Shown here one piece after another: positions 12,610 through 28,719 of a stretch of DNA of 64,000 nt. A model generated the notes under the pieces. That model saw only the letters and a program-made list of their open reading frames with translations, was not told where the DNA came from and did not search any database. The position numbers and the translations under genes were made by a program. The DNA is taken from the NCBI RefSeq assembly GCF_009914755.1, contig NC_060931.1; one strand, given 5' to 3'. Source of the stretch: the human T2T-CHM13v2.0 reference genome, Homo sapiens. Each line of letters begins with the position of its first letter. Position 1 is the stretch's first letter.

Positions 12610-14110
12610 GGTTCTGCATGTTTAGGTGTCTCTTGTATAAAGGCACATTGTGAATTGAACATTTAGTGCCCAGGAGCCTCATGCATATTAAGTATCTCTT
12701 GGCCCTTGTGTCTCTTCCTTCCCACATGTAACATACCTGTTCTCTGTAACTATCTATTCTGAACGTATCTAAAAACCATGTCTTGCCTGTGTTATACAAA
12801 CCACATGCATACTCACGTTCTCTGATGTAGCTGAATGTTTCCTAAGGCCAGGGCACATTTCAGGGTCACATAGAGTGGAGAGAGGGACCAAAATAGCCTT
12901 GCTCTGTTTGACTCCCAGCCGAGATGTCTGCTGGGCAGCACTGCCTCTGTAGGCTCTAATGGGGGAAGGGAGCTCAGGGGAGCCTCTGGGGCTGGGCAGG
13001 CTACCAGAGGGTGTGGACATTTGGGTGGACCCTGACGGAGGACTTGGGTTTCCTTGGGAGGAAGTGTCAGGAAGGGCATCTGGGGCTGAGAGCACTGTGT
13101 GGGCAACAGAAGGAAGGAAACTGTGGCTGGCTGGGAAGGGATGGTACGGGGGACAGGGTGAGACTTCTGGCCCTGGGTGCTCAGATGAAGACCTGGGGTT
13201 GCCTAGTGGCTGGAAACACACACCAGCTGTGGCAACTTGACCTCTGGGATGTGAGTGTGCAGGCAGCTGCTGAGAACGGCTGTGGATTTGGAGATGTGGC
13301 TACAGGGAATGGGCAGTGGATTCATCTGGGAATTCTGCAGTCAGTGGCCCATAGAGGAAACAGCCTGGAAATGAGACTGCAGATACGTGCTAAAGAGGCT
13401 GGAGGAACAGTGACCCCAGTACAAGTTTATGGATCTTATCCACAATCTAAAGAAATGGAGGCCAAATGGCTTTTGAAATTCTAAAATACATGCAGAGGAA
13501 GAGTAATGCTTCATGGGAGAGCCAGACTCTTACTGGCAGTGACGCTACACGGTAGAGCTCTGTTCCTCCTGCCCATGTCTGTGGTTGGGGCTGGGGTAGT
13601 GCATAAACATGACGCTGATGAGGCCCAAGCATTGTTGGAAAAGAATTCAGCAGCTGCCACAAGAATCTTGAATCCGTGGGTGAAGACCTTGACTTTTTCT
13701 GGGACCAATGTGGTCAAGAACAAAGTAAAATAATGACAACAAACACTGTTCAGTTTTCCAAATATAAGCTATTTTAAATACTCTACATTTACCCTCAAAG
13801 ACTGACATAACTTAGAATAACTTTTATAACAGCAAGGATGAGAACTAAAACTTAAATTGTAAATACAATTTTATTTATAAAAACAAAGTTAGCTTCAAAT
13901 ATTTTATGAACTAGTAGAATTTTAACCTTTTGTCACATTTCCCAGCAAAGTAAATAATTCTTTTTTTCACTTCTAGTCTGTCAGAAGAAAAGTCTTAGCT
14001 GAAATGGCCAGAAACTCTGAGGCACACTCCGGAGGCTGCTTCCGGGGCACCTCGGCACGGCCGCTTTTCCATCCCGGCCCTCACTTGATGCGGTCCAGCA
14101 GGGTTGAAAT

Positions 14111-14700
14111 TGTTTGAAATGCTTGTTCCCAGTGCGGTAAAGAAATAGCACTTGAATGTAAATTTAATTTCCTCAGCAAGGCCATTTTTTTTTTTAAATT
14201 TCTGCAGAAAGTGTACACTCGCCAGCAGTTTTGCCACAACAGTATACTGAGCAAAGGAGACAGGGTCATTTATAACCTGACGCATCCACCCTACTGCTGT
14301 GTCCAGTTTCCAGTGGCTGGAACGGGACCTCACATTCTGTATTTGTCCCGATTGGCTAGCAACTTAGAACTTTTTTAAAGAGGAAAAGGCAGAGGAGAAC
14401 AAAGGAAGGAGGAAGTAACTTGTGGAATGCTGAAAAAAGTAAAAACACCTTCGAATAAAGAAGAGGAACAGGCAATGACCTAAAGCTTGCTTGGACTAGT
14501 ATAAGCATGCCAGGGCAAATATTTAGGCTAAATTGTGGGAGCTAAGAACATAAAGTACATTGATTTCTTTATTAGGGCTAGCAGATGTTTAAGAATGTTA
14601 GCACGGGTCTTTGAATAAATTTTGCTTCTAAGAGAAGTTACTATTTATTTCTAATGAGATGGGAAGGAAAGTCTTTGAAGAGGAAACTCTACTTTTTACA
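14111..14700 (-). mobile_element. LTR10C solo LTR (HERV-I group)
   Basis: Minus strand begins TGTAAAAAGTAGAGTTTCCTCTTCAAAGACTTTCC and ends GGGAACAAGCATTTCAAACA; near-perfect 5-bp TSD GAAAT/GAAGT; TATA at 14269-14275. Confidence 0.8.
14483..14512. promoter_or_regulatory. Candidate p53 response element (three abutting half-sites)
   Basis: AAGCTTGCTT (perfect RRRCWWGYYY), GGACTAGTAT (1 mismatch) and AAGCATGCCA (1 mismatch), with no spacers. Confidence 0.6.
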
Positions 14701-15052
14701 GAAGTAGGAACTTAGACTTACAGTTTGCACATTGACAAACTTGTTTTCCTTCCGTACACGAGGGGTTTATGATCCTCTGTTGCAACTGATTTGTCTTATG
14801 TAACTTCAAGAGTTACTCGTCAACCTACTTACTATTCTGGACTTTTCGGGAAATGGCAATTTGCCTTCCTATTTAGTGGGAGGGATACTGAGACTGCACT
14901 TTTTCTTACCCCAAGAAGTGCACAGTGTCATTGCAATGTCAACATCAGGGAGATCTCAGCCAGTGTGAAATAATTAGATCGTCCACTCAAAATTCTTAGT
15001 TACATCTTTTTAATATTTTCTTCACACTTCTTAAAAGCAGCTTAACAAGAAT

Positions 15053-15330
15053 TGCATTAGTCAGGGTTTTCCAGAGAAACAGAAAAGAGAGGAGGAGATG
15101 TCCAGAATTGTCTCGTGTGATTACAGAGGCTAGAATCCAAGGAAGAGTGGCTTGAGTCCAGGGGCAGAATTCCCTCTTCCCCTGGGAGGTCAGTATTTCT
15201 TCCTTTAAGGCCTTCAACTGATTGGATGAGACCCACCCACATTATGGAGCATAATCTGCTTTACTAAAAGTATACTGGCTTAAATGCTAATTTCATCTGA
15301 AAAATACCACAGAATAATGTTGACCAAGTA
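15053..15330 (-). mobile_element. MLT2 (ERV-L) LTR, partial
   Basis: ATTAGTCAGGGTTTTCCAGAGAAACAGAA...CCTTCAACTGATTGGATGAGACCCACCCACATTATGGAG. Confidence 0.75.
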
Positions 15331-17880
15331 CTGGGAGAGGCCTTTTCCTTCGTCTTTTGGTAAATTGCAATCCCTGGGTATATTCACATTTGAAACTCAA
15401 ATGTGGGCATTGGCTACTGCAGGCCTTTCCCGGCTCAATGGAGTGCAGACAGGGGAGGCACAGGAGTGACTCCACTGTGTGAAGAGAAGACTGATGAGGG
15501 CCCATGTGGCACCTCAGGTAGGGTCTGCACTGTCTGGACTATGGTCAGGCCCCTGCCTGAGCCAGCCCTGCTCTCCAGTGTCCCCAAGGAATCCCTGAAA
15601 CTAGCATCTCATGGAGGAGATAGACGATGCAGGAGGTCCCCTGTGCCCAGAACAAATGGTACAACAAGGCCCCTCTGTTCCCCAAACTGGTCTCAGCAAA
15701 CTTTCCCCACAGCTTGGATCTGGGCAGGTCACAGGGCCCAAACCTCATGACCAGCAGTGCTGGACCAGGGGGCTAGAAGGGCAGGTGGAGCTCTCTGATG
15801 ACATTGTGGAGAGGAGGGGTGCCAGGCAAGGGGTGTCCAGGCAGGGGGTGTCCAGGATACTGTCCTGAGAGCCTCTCCAGGGACAGATGCCCTTAGGGGC
15901 AGAGAAAAAGGCAACCGGGGAGACCAGAGGAGTCTGATGCAGATAAGGAGGGGCTCTGTCCAGTGATGTTTCTCCACAATGAGCTCTCCCGAGGACAAGC
16001 AGCCTGCTTTATAGGCGAACCCCATTGCACAGTGAGAAGACGAAGACTTCGGAACTCAGTTCCCTAGAACCTCTTCTCTCCCTGCATAGTCCAGCCCTAT
16101 TGGTCCTTTCTGGTCTTGAAGGTCTTTAATGGAAACAAACCGCAAGGCCAAGGCCAGACCTGCCTGCCCTTCATGCCCATCTCCACGCAGCAGTTGAGTG
16201 TGGACTCTGCCTCCCCTGTCCCCCGAACAGTGAGTCCCCACCAGCCCCTCCAGGGACACAGTGCCAGCTCTGCAGCCCTCCCATCCCTCTGTCCATTCTT
16301 CTGCAGGCAGGATGGGCACTGTGGCTGGAGGAAGGCTCCTGATCCACTGCTTTGGGGGAATCTGATTTAGCACTCTACAGGGAACCCAACAGAGATCCAA
16401 AGCTGAGTACTGATTCAGAGAAAGAACATTTCTGCTAAGCTTAGGGCCTCAGGGAGGACAGATAATTATCTAAAGTTGACAGAACAATCAATTTTCTGGG
16501 TCTGAAGTTTACAAACAAAATCCCTCTCCTTTGAAGGCAGATTAGCCATGGAAACACCTTCTACATTGCCTGCCTAAATGGTTTGTCTCTGCAATCAATC
16601 TCTCTATTCTTTAAAACAGAATTAGGATAATTTGCGTAATTGTTTCTTGTCTCAGAGAAATCTTACAGGGAGGCTGTCTCCAGATAACCAGCAGCCTGGG
16701 CTCCAGGCCGACACCAAACCCACAGGCAGCCTTGTGGTAAGGCTCCAGGCTCTAGAGCCAAAGGATCTAGGTCAGAGGCTCCACCTGGGGCTCCTGCGCC
16801 CTCCCTGCCAGGGCGGCAGAGGGAGCCACATCCCTGAAAGCCTCTGGCTTAGGGACCTCAGAATTCCCACCTCTGATAAGGTAATGAAATGAGCCAAAGT
16901 TGATAAAAATCTGTGAACAAACTGGCCTACAGTGGCTAAAACCAGAGGGAGAAAAATAATGTGATAAACCCCCAAACCAGCCATCCTGGGAAGTTTCAAG
17001 GGGCTGCTGTGCTCCTGACTCCTCCCCCGCCTCCTGGAGCTGCCCAGGTGAGCAGACAGAGTTTTGAGAGCTGGCGCTGAGGCTCTGTGCCTGGAGACAG
17101 ACACTGGGCAGGGACCCTCAACTTTCCTGTCCGTTTTGCGCAGTGAGTCAGAAACAGATGCTGGGGAGCAGCAAGCAAGCAGAGGGCTGCCTGTCTCAGA
17201 GGCAGGAGCATCCACCTCAGAGGATGCCAGGTGGGGAGATCCTGGACTGTGCCACCCCCAGGGAGGGCACAGGCACAGCAGGCCTCTCAGCAGGAGCTCG
17301 GGGGTGGAGTAGAGACCAGGGATTCCATAAGACTCCCCACTGCTCCCCATTCCCTAAGGTGCAGCAAAACGTCTCCGCTTCTATGAGGACAGTCCAGACG
17401 TCCCCAGCTTCCCCTAGAGCAGACAGAAGGCCTGAGGCCCTGGGAAACCCACGTGCCCACTGGAAGTGGGGAGTAAAAAGACAGAAGGGACCCGTCTGGA
17501 AACAAAACCAGTCAAGAACCAGACTCACCACTGCTTCAGAAAATATGGGGAAATGTGAGCGTGAATTTCATAAAGCACAGTCAGCAAGCCACGAGGAGGG
17601 CCAGCGTCTGATGGACAGGGAGACTGCAGACCCCAGGAAGCAGCAGGAGAACAAGGATTCCCTCTATGATTTCCCACGGCTGATGCTCCCGACCTGGTTT
17701 CCCTTCACTGGTGCTCCTCCTGTGTTCCACACTGGATACTATCCTGCCAATCCACGCCCCTTGCTGGCCTTCAGTGAGGTGGAACTCACCACACTCTGGC
17801 CTCTTTCTCCACTTCTCTTGCTACTGTCCATTTGCAAAGATCTCAGATGGCTGCACCATGTGTTCTGACCAGAGAAAGAC

Positions 17881-18623
17881 TGCAACCACCTTTGCAAAGC
17901 TTATGACAGCGAGGGAGGTCACGCATGACTGACTCCACCTTACCTCTAGCCTCACAGGCAGGCTGTCCTGCTCATGCTTGGGCACAGGCTAAACTAATCC
18001 GGGGAGAAATTTAGTTATAAAACAATACTAGTCCCTCTCTAAAACTAAAGCCCTCCTTCCTTGAGGACCAAAAACGAATGAAAGGCCACGTGATTAGGAT
18101 TTCGGGAGGAGCCCGAACTCTGCTAAAATGTAGACATAGTTTCCGTAATTCCTTATTGTTCAGAAGTCATATGGCTAGAAGTCACACAATTTGTGACTTC
18201 TCCAATTGCTTCTGTAGATAACAACACTATTGTAGAGCCTGAGTTTGGTTTTTTCAGCTGTTTTCCAGATTTTTGCATTCTGCCAACCGACTGACCCTAC
18301 CCAGACCCATGGCTCATGACTCAACTGGTCCTATGCACTCCCACCTCCCCACCCAGAGGCAGACTCCGTGACAGGATCGTTTTCTACACCCTATGACTGC
18401 ATCCCTAAACAATCAACCGCACCCACTCCCTGGTCCTCTGCCCACCAAACAATCCTTGAAAAACCCAAACCTCCCGTTCTTCTGGGAGACTGATTTGAGT
18501 AGCAGCTCCTTCTCCCACGTGGCTAGCTGCATCAATTAAACTGTTTCTTTAGTGCAGTACCACAGTCTCGGTGAATTGGTTTTGTCTGTACAGTGGGTGG
18601 GAAGAACCCATTGGGCAACTGCA
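17881..18623 (+). mobile_element. LTR8A-like solo LTR
   Basis: TG...CA termini; 4-bp TSD AGAC; LTR8-like body (CCTTTGCAAAG...ATTAAAC...GAAGAACCCATTGGGC). Confidence 0.75.
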
Positions 18624-20515
18624 AGACAGTTCAGCGTGCTTGCTCATCGTACTGGAAATAAAACCTATTTGTAGGGTCAAAGGGGCAAAGTTGTCCCATG
18701 TTATTCCCTTTTGGGGAGTTATCTGTTGGGTGTTTCTAGCCTGCTGCAAGCTAGGATAAAGCAGAGGTCCTCGTGCCTCTCCTCCAGGACCCCATACAAA
18801 CACCTTGTCCTCCATGAAGAACCCGGGACCTGCAGCCCTCCTCTCCTGTGACCTTCCCAGTCACTTCATCCTCATCTCGGGGTGCTGCCAGCTGAATGTG
18901 CTGTGCTCACTGGCTGCACCACTACCCCCGTGCACACACACTCCTGCAGATGAGAGCTGCCAAGGCAGAGAGTGAACTTTTCTGATTTGACATTCCCTGT
19001 ACATTTGTGCCTTGACACGCCACACAAATACAGTGTGCAGACACCAGTAAAAACAGAGAAAAGGTGGGGACATAAAGGCCCAGACGTAAGAGTGGGCAAG
19101 GGTGCCCTCTGGTTCATTTCACTCTGCAGTCGACTCCCAAGGTGAACCTAGTGAATTCTGCCTCAGAAGCCCTGGTTTCCTTGTCTCTGACACTGAATCC
19201 ACAGTAGCCATGATCCACGTTTATTGGATCACCAGTATTTTGAGGAATGTTAGTATCATTCTACAAAAAATATTTTAAAAATTGATTTCTATAATCAGGA
19301 AATTTCAGGAAACCCTGAGTAAAAATGATTGATTATTGCAAAACTTCTCTGAAGCTTTCACAAACAAATGTGTGCTCATCTCCAAGGCGAAAGTAAAGTA
19401 GGGAACCTGCCCCAAATTTATGAGTCAGTTCAGTGCTTTTCTGTGATCAAATCGGTGTTCTGTCAAGTGCAATGTGGAAAAGGTAATACTGAGGGTCATT
19501 TAACTGGCATGTCCAGCGCAGTGCGGAAAAGGGAACATTCCAGGGTCATCTACTCGGCAGCCTCCAAAGGCTGGCACAGTGTATCTTACTTCTCTTCTGC
19601 GTTTCTAGCGCCTTCATTAGACCTGAGACGTGGAAATGGCCTAGGAGATCTTATTAACAGTGACGTAGGAATAGGAGTAATTAATTATGTTACAGTAATA
19701 GTTGGGTTTTGCATGTTCTAAGCTGGGCTCAGGAAAAGGCCAATAGAAAGGGGCAAATATGGAGTATTTCCTGGTCTTAAGACGCGGGCAGCATGGAGCA
19801 GCCAGCTGAGAGTCAAAGGTGGCCAGGGAGTATTTGCCCCCGGATGCCTGCACTGGGAATGGAGAGGTCAGTGTCCTGTCCATCGCATGCCCAGGCATAA
19901 GGAAATGGGGCATAAAGCTGGTCATCCCCACCAAAACCAGGGGAGACTTAATGGTCCTGAGGCTAAGTTTTGAGAAGTTCAGCAAATGGCAGACGTGGTA
20001 GGATTTCCCCCACAGGCTTCACCTGGATGCACTCCTGTATCCCTGAGGGCATTCCATAGTAAACTGTTGTAAAGGAGCAGACAGGGAGATGCAGAGCCTA
20101 GTGTGGTGGGATGGGTGATGGGGCGAGGTGTCCCCAACCTGAACAAGGAAGGCCAAACTGATTCCCCAGGTCTGCCGTGCTCGGGAGATGCGGCCCCTCA
20201 GCCCCTTGCTTGAACTCCTTTTGATGAGGTCAGCTGCCTCCCAAGAACAGGCTTTGGCAGCCTGAAAAAGTGCCCAGCACAGCCCTCAGACCACCCTCAG
20301 CCTTTCCCCAGACACTGGGCTGCAGTAGCTGAGATAAATGCAGGAGACCGTTCATTAAACCTACAAGGCGAACTGTCTGACCCGGCTGCAAGAAGGTGAT
20401 TTCACAGGGTGCTGTTTTGGGGAGGTAAGGGACTTACCTGAGCTGCCAGTGGGAAAAAAATGCGTCTCACTGAAGTTGAAATGGCACAATCAGAAGCACT
20501 GAGGCCCAGTGCTGG

Positions 20516-20906
20516 CCCGCCCATGCCATGGACGACATAAGGACTGTTGGAGAAGAGGAGACGTGAACAGTGTGCAGCTTCCCGCCCATGCCATGGACAA
20601 CACAAGGACTGTTGGAGAAGAGGAGGAAATGTGAATAGTATGCAGCTTCCCGCACACACTGCACCCAGGACTGTTGGAGAAGAGGAGGAGATGTGAACAG
20701 TATGCAGCTTCCCGCACACACTGCACCCAGGACTGTTGGAGAAGAGGAGGAAATGTGAACAGTATGCAGCTTCCCGCCCATGCCATGGACGACATAAGGA
20801 CTTTTGGAGAAGAGGAGGAAACGTGAATAGTATGCAGCTTCCCGCACACACTGCACCCAGGACTGTTGGAGAAGAGGAGGAGATGTGAACAGTATGCAGC
20901 TTCCCG
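20516..20906. repeat. Minisatellite: ~48-bp core x6 with two alternative linkers
   Basis: Core GGACTGTTGGAGAAGAGGAGGAGATGTGAACAGTATGCAGCTTCCCGC; linker A CCATGCCATGGACGACATAA; linker B ACACACTGCACCCA. Confidence 0.95.
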
Positions 20907-21623
20907 CGCTGCCACGCACACTGCACGCGTTGATTGGGTCCCTCGGTACTCAGGCAGCCTCCAAGGCAGGCTTTGCCATTCCTGTTCCCATTTCACAGTT
21001 GAAGAAGTGAGGTTCAGAGCTGTGAAGTAAAGGGGCTCGGGTTCAAGCTGGGCTGCCAAATGCTGAGGTGCAGCCCCTGAGGACTTCATAAAAGTCACCC
21101 TCTGTGGGAAGAGCTGCCACGGGGCATCATCTGTAGCATCTGGAAGGAACGCCAGTAATCCCACCGTCCCACAGTCATTTCCCCGAGATCTTAGGTCTCA
21201 AATGCCTTTGAAAATTCATTTTACATGGCTTTCTCCTCTGTTATATTTCGATCCCCAGGGCATGGTGTATGTGCTAGTTGCCATTTCTAGCCTCAGCCTA
21301 CTTTATGTAGGCACTGAGCAAATGCTGAATGAATCATTACACATGTTCACTGAGCTTTTTTTGAGAACTCTGACTGGTTGAAGTATTTACTACTCACTCT
21401 GGGAACTTGAAACAAAAAGCGACTAAATGACAGAGGCTGGGCCTGAGAGCACAGGTTGCATCGTGCTGGGGGAGGTCCCCTGTGCAGGGCACCATCCCTC
21501 ACCCACTCACCCGCTCACTCACTCATTCTTCCTTTCACTGGACTCTGTCAACTGGGGGTTCCCACGTGCCACGCCCCGTGCAAGGTGCTGGGTACACAGC
21601 AGTGAATGCTGACAATGGTCATG

Positions 21624-21741
21624 ATAATAGGGCTTACCATGTGCGATGCTCTAAGACTAACACACTTCACATCTAGGCACTCACAATAGTGCTTACCACG
21701 TGCAATGCTCTAAGGCTAACACACTTCACATCTAGGCACTC
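21624..21741. repeat. ~59-bp tandem duplication within MIR-like sequence
   Basis: GCTTACCA(T/C)GTGC(G/A)ATGCTCTAAG(A/G)CTAACACACTTCACATCTAGGCACTC occurs twice. Confidence 0.85.
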
Positions 21742-23275
21742 TCAAACACACAGCTGTGCTCATTCAATCCCCTTCACAGCCCCAAAGGCAGGCACCACGT
21801 TACCCATCTGACTGATGGCAGCAACTTGCTCACACTAACGAATGCCTAACGAGCTGGGGTTTCCTTCCTCGCAGGGCTCACACTCCTACAGGGAAAAGAA
21901 ACAAAAAGCATGAGAAATAAAAACTGGAAATGAAGAAAATAAAACCAGGTGGGAGGACAGGCAATTGCAGAAGGGGAGGTGGGGGGTGACAGGCAAACCA
22001 GGAACTGAGTCATGGAAATGACCCTGTAGTCCTGCGGGGCAGTGCACCTGAGCCCAGGCTGGAGGGCAAGGAGCTGGGTGTATCAAGGCAGTGAGTGGTC
22101 AGGCCCACAGACGTGAGAAGCAGGGATGGGAGAACTTGAGACAGGAGACCAGCAAGGGAAAGACAGGCCCACACAGGCAAGGCCCACACAGGAAGGCCCA
22201 CATGTGGCTGGTGTCTCTGCCATGAACTACCTTCTGCCAGGCTTCCTTGACCACCCCACAAGCCTCCCTGAGGCCAGGGCCACATCCAGAAACTTCACAG
22301 AGAGCTACACCCTTCACACTGCTGTTTTAACTTAACAAGCTGTAGTTTGAAAGAGAACTCAGCAAAGCACTCGTGTAATTTCATTAACTTTCTCTCATCT
22401 TCTCAGCTGGGCATCTGCAGTTAATAATGTGCATTTGAGGAAAGAAAAATAAAAGGCATCAAAGGCCAGGTTAGAGACAGGGCAGGGACGGGAGCTCTAG
22501 GCCAGTGGGTTGTGTTTTTCTGACGTGTGCTCCAGCTGCTGTCAGCTGACTCTAGCCAGTCCCCAGGCCCCGACTCAGGTGCCACCTGGTTGAGGACCTC
22601 CAGGGAGTCCTGCTGTGAACGAAAACCCATTGTGATAGGGGCATGCATCCCCTTTGCCACCCCCTCCTCACACACCTGCTTTGGGTTGGGGGTGTGTCTC
22701 CTGCTGAACCACAGCACTGCCCCATTTTGGGTAGGACAAGTTCATTTCCATCTTGGAAGAATAGTCCACTCACCAAGGTGTTTGGCAGCTACATATAAAC
22801 AGAACTTTCAATGAAAGGTTGGAATGCTCATCCTGTCCCACTCCATGTGTGATAGCGTCTGGAACCCTTTCCAGCAGGTCTATTCAACATCAATACAGCA
22901 ATCTGGGCACACGTCTCGGCCCTGCCCTCACCCGGGGCTGTGGGCACAACTGGGATGCTCAGAGGTGGGCAGGCAAGTGTCATCTCACAGGTGCAGATGT
23001 CAAGGCTCTGAGGACACTGTGACCACCCAGCCCACACACGATGGCGGAGGGAAGATCCTGGCCATTTGTGGCCCACCCAGTTTTCCACCGCTCTCTATTT
23101 TCCCTACATCCCCACTTCCTCTGCTCCTCTGCAGAGCATGGAGCCCCTTCCACATGTACAAGAGGTGCTGAGTGGGACCGTGGCTGAGAGAAGGCTGCCA
23201 GGCTGTGCCCTGTGGTGCGGTGGGCCTGGAGTGTGGGGAGGACTGCAGCGTCTGCAGGTAGGGCACCTGCCGTGA

Positions 23276-26095
<2,820 letters not shown>

Positions 26096-26244
26096 GAAAT
26101 ATCATCTCACCCCAGTTGTGATGGCGTTCATCAAAAAGACAAAAAATAACCAAGGGAACTCTTGACACTGTTGGTGGGAATGTAAACCAGTACAGCTACT
26201 GTGGAAAGCAGTGTGGAGGTTCCTCACAGAACTACAAACAGAAC

Positions 26245-27024
26245 TGAGGTAGGAGGTGGGACTCAACTCCAGAGGTGGGGCTCGAACACCGGACCAGATT
26301 GAGGACTAGCTAAAACAGGGCTGGGGCGGAAGCAGCTTTCAATCAGACACACCCACCAGTGCCATGGAAGTTTATCGTTGCCATGACGACACCGGGAGTT
26401 ACCGCTCCTTTCCATGGCAATGACTCAATGACCCAAAAGTTACTATGCCTTCCTTAGAAATTTCTGCATAAACCGTCTTTAATCCGCGTGAAATTAAAAG
26501 TGGATTAAACATGACTGCAAAACTGCCCCGAGCTGCTCTTCTCTTCTTACAGGGCAGAGAGGGTAGCCCTGCTCTGCAGGAACAGTCTCAGAGCTGTAAC
26601 ATTTCTTCTTTATTAATAAAGCTGTTTTTGGCCGGGCACAGTGGCTCACGCCTGTCATCCCAGCACTTTGGGAGGCTGAGGTGGGCGGATCCCGAGGTGG
26701 GAAATTCAAAACCAGCCTGGCCAAAATGTTGAAACCCCGTCTCTACTAAAAATACAAAAATTAGGTGGGCGTCGTGGTGCGTGCCTGTAATCCCAGCTAC
26801 TTGGGAGGCTGAGGCAGGAGAATCTCTTCAACCCAGGAGGCGGAGGTTATAATGAGCCGAGATCGCTCCACTGCACTCCAGCCTGGGTGACAGAGCAAGA
26901 TTCCGTCTCTAAATAAATAAAGCTGTTTTCTTCTTCCTTTGGCTTGCCCTTGAATTCTTTCCTGGGCAAAGGCAAGAACCCTTGCAGACTAAACTCCACC
27001 TTGGGGCTCACCTGCCCCACATCA
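26245..27024 (+). mobile_element. MER66-like solo LTR (contains an Alu)
   Basis: TGAGGTAGGAGGTGGGACTC...CCCACATCA; 4-bp TSD GAAC. Confidence 0.8.
26630..26915 (+). mobile_element. AluS
   Basis: Dimeric Alu; TSD AATAAAGCTGTTTT. Confidence 0.93.
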
Positions 27025-27762
27025 GAACTACCATAAGATCCAGCAATCCCACTCCTGGACATTTATCCAAAGGAAAGGAATCGGTATATCAAACCAATAT
27101 CTGCAACCCCATGTTTATTGACAATAGTCAAGACGTGGAATCAACCTAGGTGTCCAACAGCAGATGACTGGATAAAAAACGTGGTATATACACACAGTGG
27201 AATACTAGTCATCTGTAAAAAAAAATGAAGTCCTGTCATTCATGGCAAAACGGATGGAACTGGAGGACATTATGGTAAGTGAAATAAGCCAGGAACAGAA
27301 AGTTAAATACTGAATGTTCTCACTGACATGTGGAAACTTTAAAAAATGTTGCTCTCATAGAAGTAAAAAGTAGAACAGAGGATATTAGAGGCTGGGAAGG
27401 GGAGGGAGAGGGGACGGATAGGGAGAGATTTTTTAAAGGATATGGAATTACAGCTGGATGGGAAAAATAAGTCCTATGGTTCTTTGGCACTGTAGGGTGA
27501 CTATAGTTAACTATAATTCATAGTTTCAGATAGCTAGGAGGAGAAATTATCGTGTTTGAGACGATGGATGTGTTCGCCACCCTGATCTAATCCTTGATTC
27601 ATTCTATGTACTGCAGCATCCCTGTGAACCCCACGAATATGTGCCATATTGTGTCAATTAAAAAAATAATAAGAAGTAATTGAGAACCCTAATAAGTATG
27701 GTTTATCTATTAACATTTACCATGTTAAAGATGAAAATGGAGAACAATTTAAAATCTTAAGA

Positions 27763-28296
27763 GTATTAGTCTCTAGAGGGACAGGACTAATAGGATAGAA
27801 GTGTATATGAAAGGGAGTTTATTAAGTAGTATTGACTCACACGATCACAGGGTGAAGTCCCACAGTAGGCTGCAAGCCGAGGAACAAGGAAGCCAGTCTG
27901 AGTCCCAAAACCTCAAAAGTAGGGAAGCCGACAGTGCAGCCTTCAGTCTGGGGCCAAAGGCCCGAGAGCCCCTGGCAAACCACTGGTGTAAATCCAAGAG
28001 TCCAAAACTGAAGAACTTGGAGTCCGGTATTCAAGGGCAGGAGGCATCCAGCGTGGGAGAAAGATGAAGGCCGGAAGACTCAGCCAGTCTCGTCCTTCCG
28101 CATTTCTCTGCCTGCTTTTATCCCAGCCACACTGGCAACTGATGAGATGATGCCCACCCAGATTGAGGGTGGGTCTGCCTCTCCCAGGTCCACTGACTCA
28201 AATGTGAATCTCCCTTGGCAACACTCTCACGGACGCACCCAGGAACAATACTCTGCATCTTTCAATCCAATCAAGTTGACAATAGTAACCATCACA
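27763..28296 (-). mobile_element. MLT2A/B LTR
   Basis: GTATTAGTCTCTAGAGGGACAGGACTAATAGGATAG...CAATCAAGTTGACA...TAACCATCACA. Confidence 0.8.
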
Positions 28297-28719
28297 TTAA
28301 GTAACCAATTAGTGAAAACTCATAATGAATCCATTATGCTAATGAACATCAAGGATTATGTTATGTTCATAACATAACATGTTACGAAAATAACTATATT
28401 TTCTTTAGAAACTGGTGACAGGAGTAGCATTGTTTAGATGTGTGAATGCTCCTGCTGCCTGGCTCCTGGGAAACAAGTTTCCCATGTGGAATTCTGTATT
28501 CAGTCTGCAGTGACATCACACGTCAGTTGCCTCTGCACACTTGTGAGAGAACGGGAGTGGAAAAGGCACTCAACACTTCAGCCATGAGAGGAAACCTGTT
28601 TGAACTAAGAGTCCCCTAAGAGGGGAGCCAGCACCACTTAAAAACCTTTAAGTACTCTCAATAGAAATCTTTAGTTCACAAGATGTTTTACAAATACCTT
28701 ATCCTAGTCTCCATATCAT

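Noticed and set aside
17143-17868. 241-aa ORF
   Set aside because: Non-ATG start, no recognisable domain, and overlapped by similar ORFs in other frames.
20516-20906. CRISPR-like repeat-spacer array
   Set aside because: The spacers recur (only two types), there are no cas genes and the context is primate DNA; it is a minisatellite.
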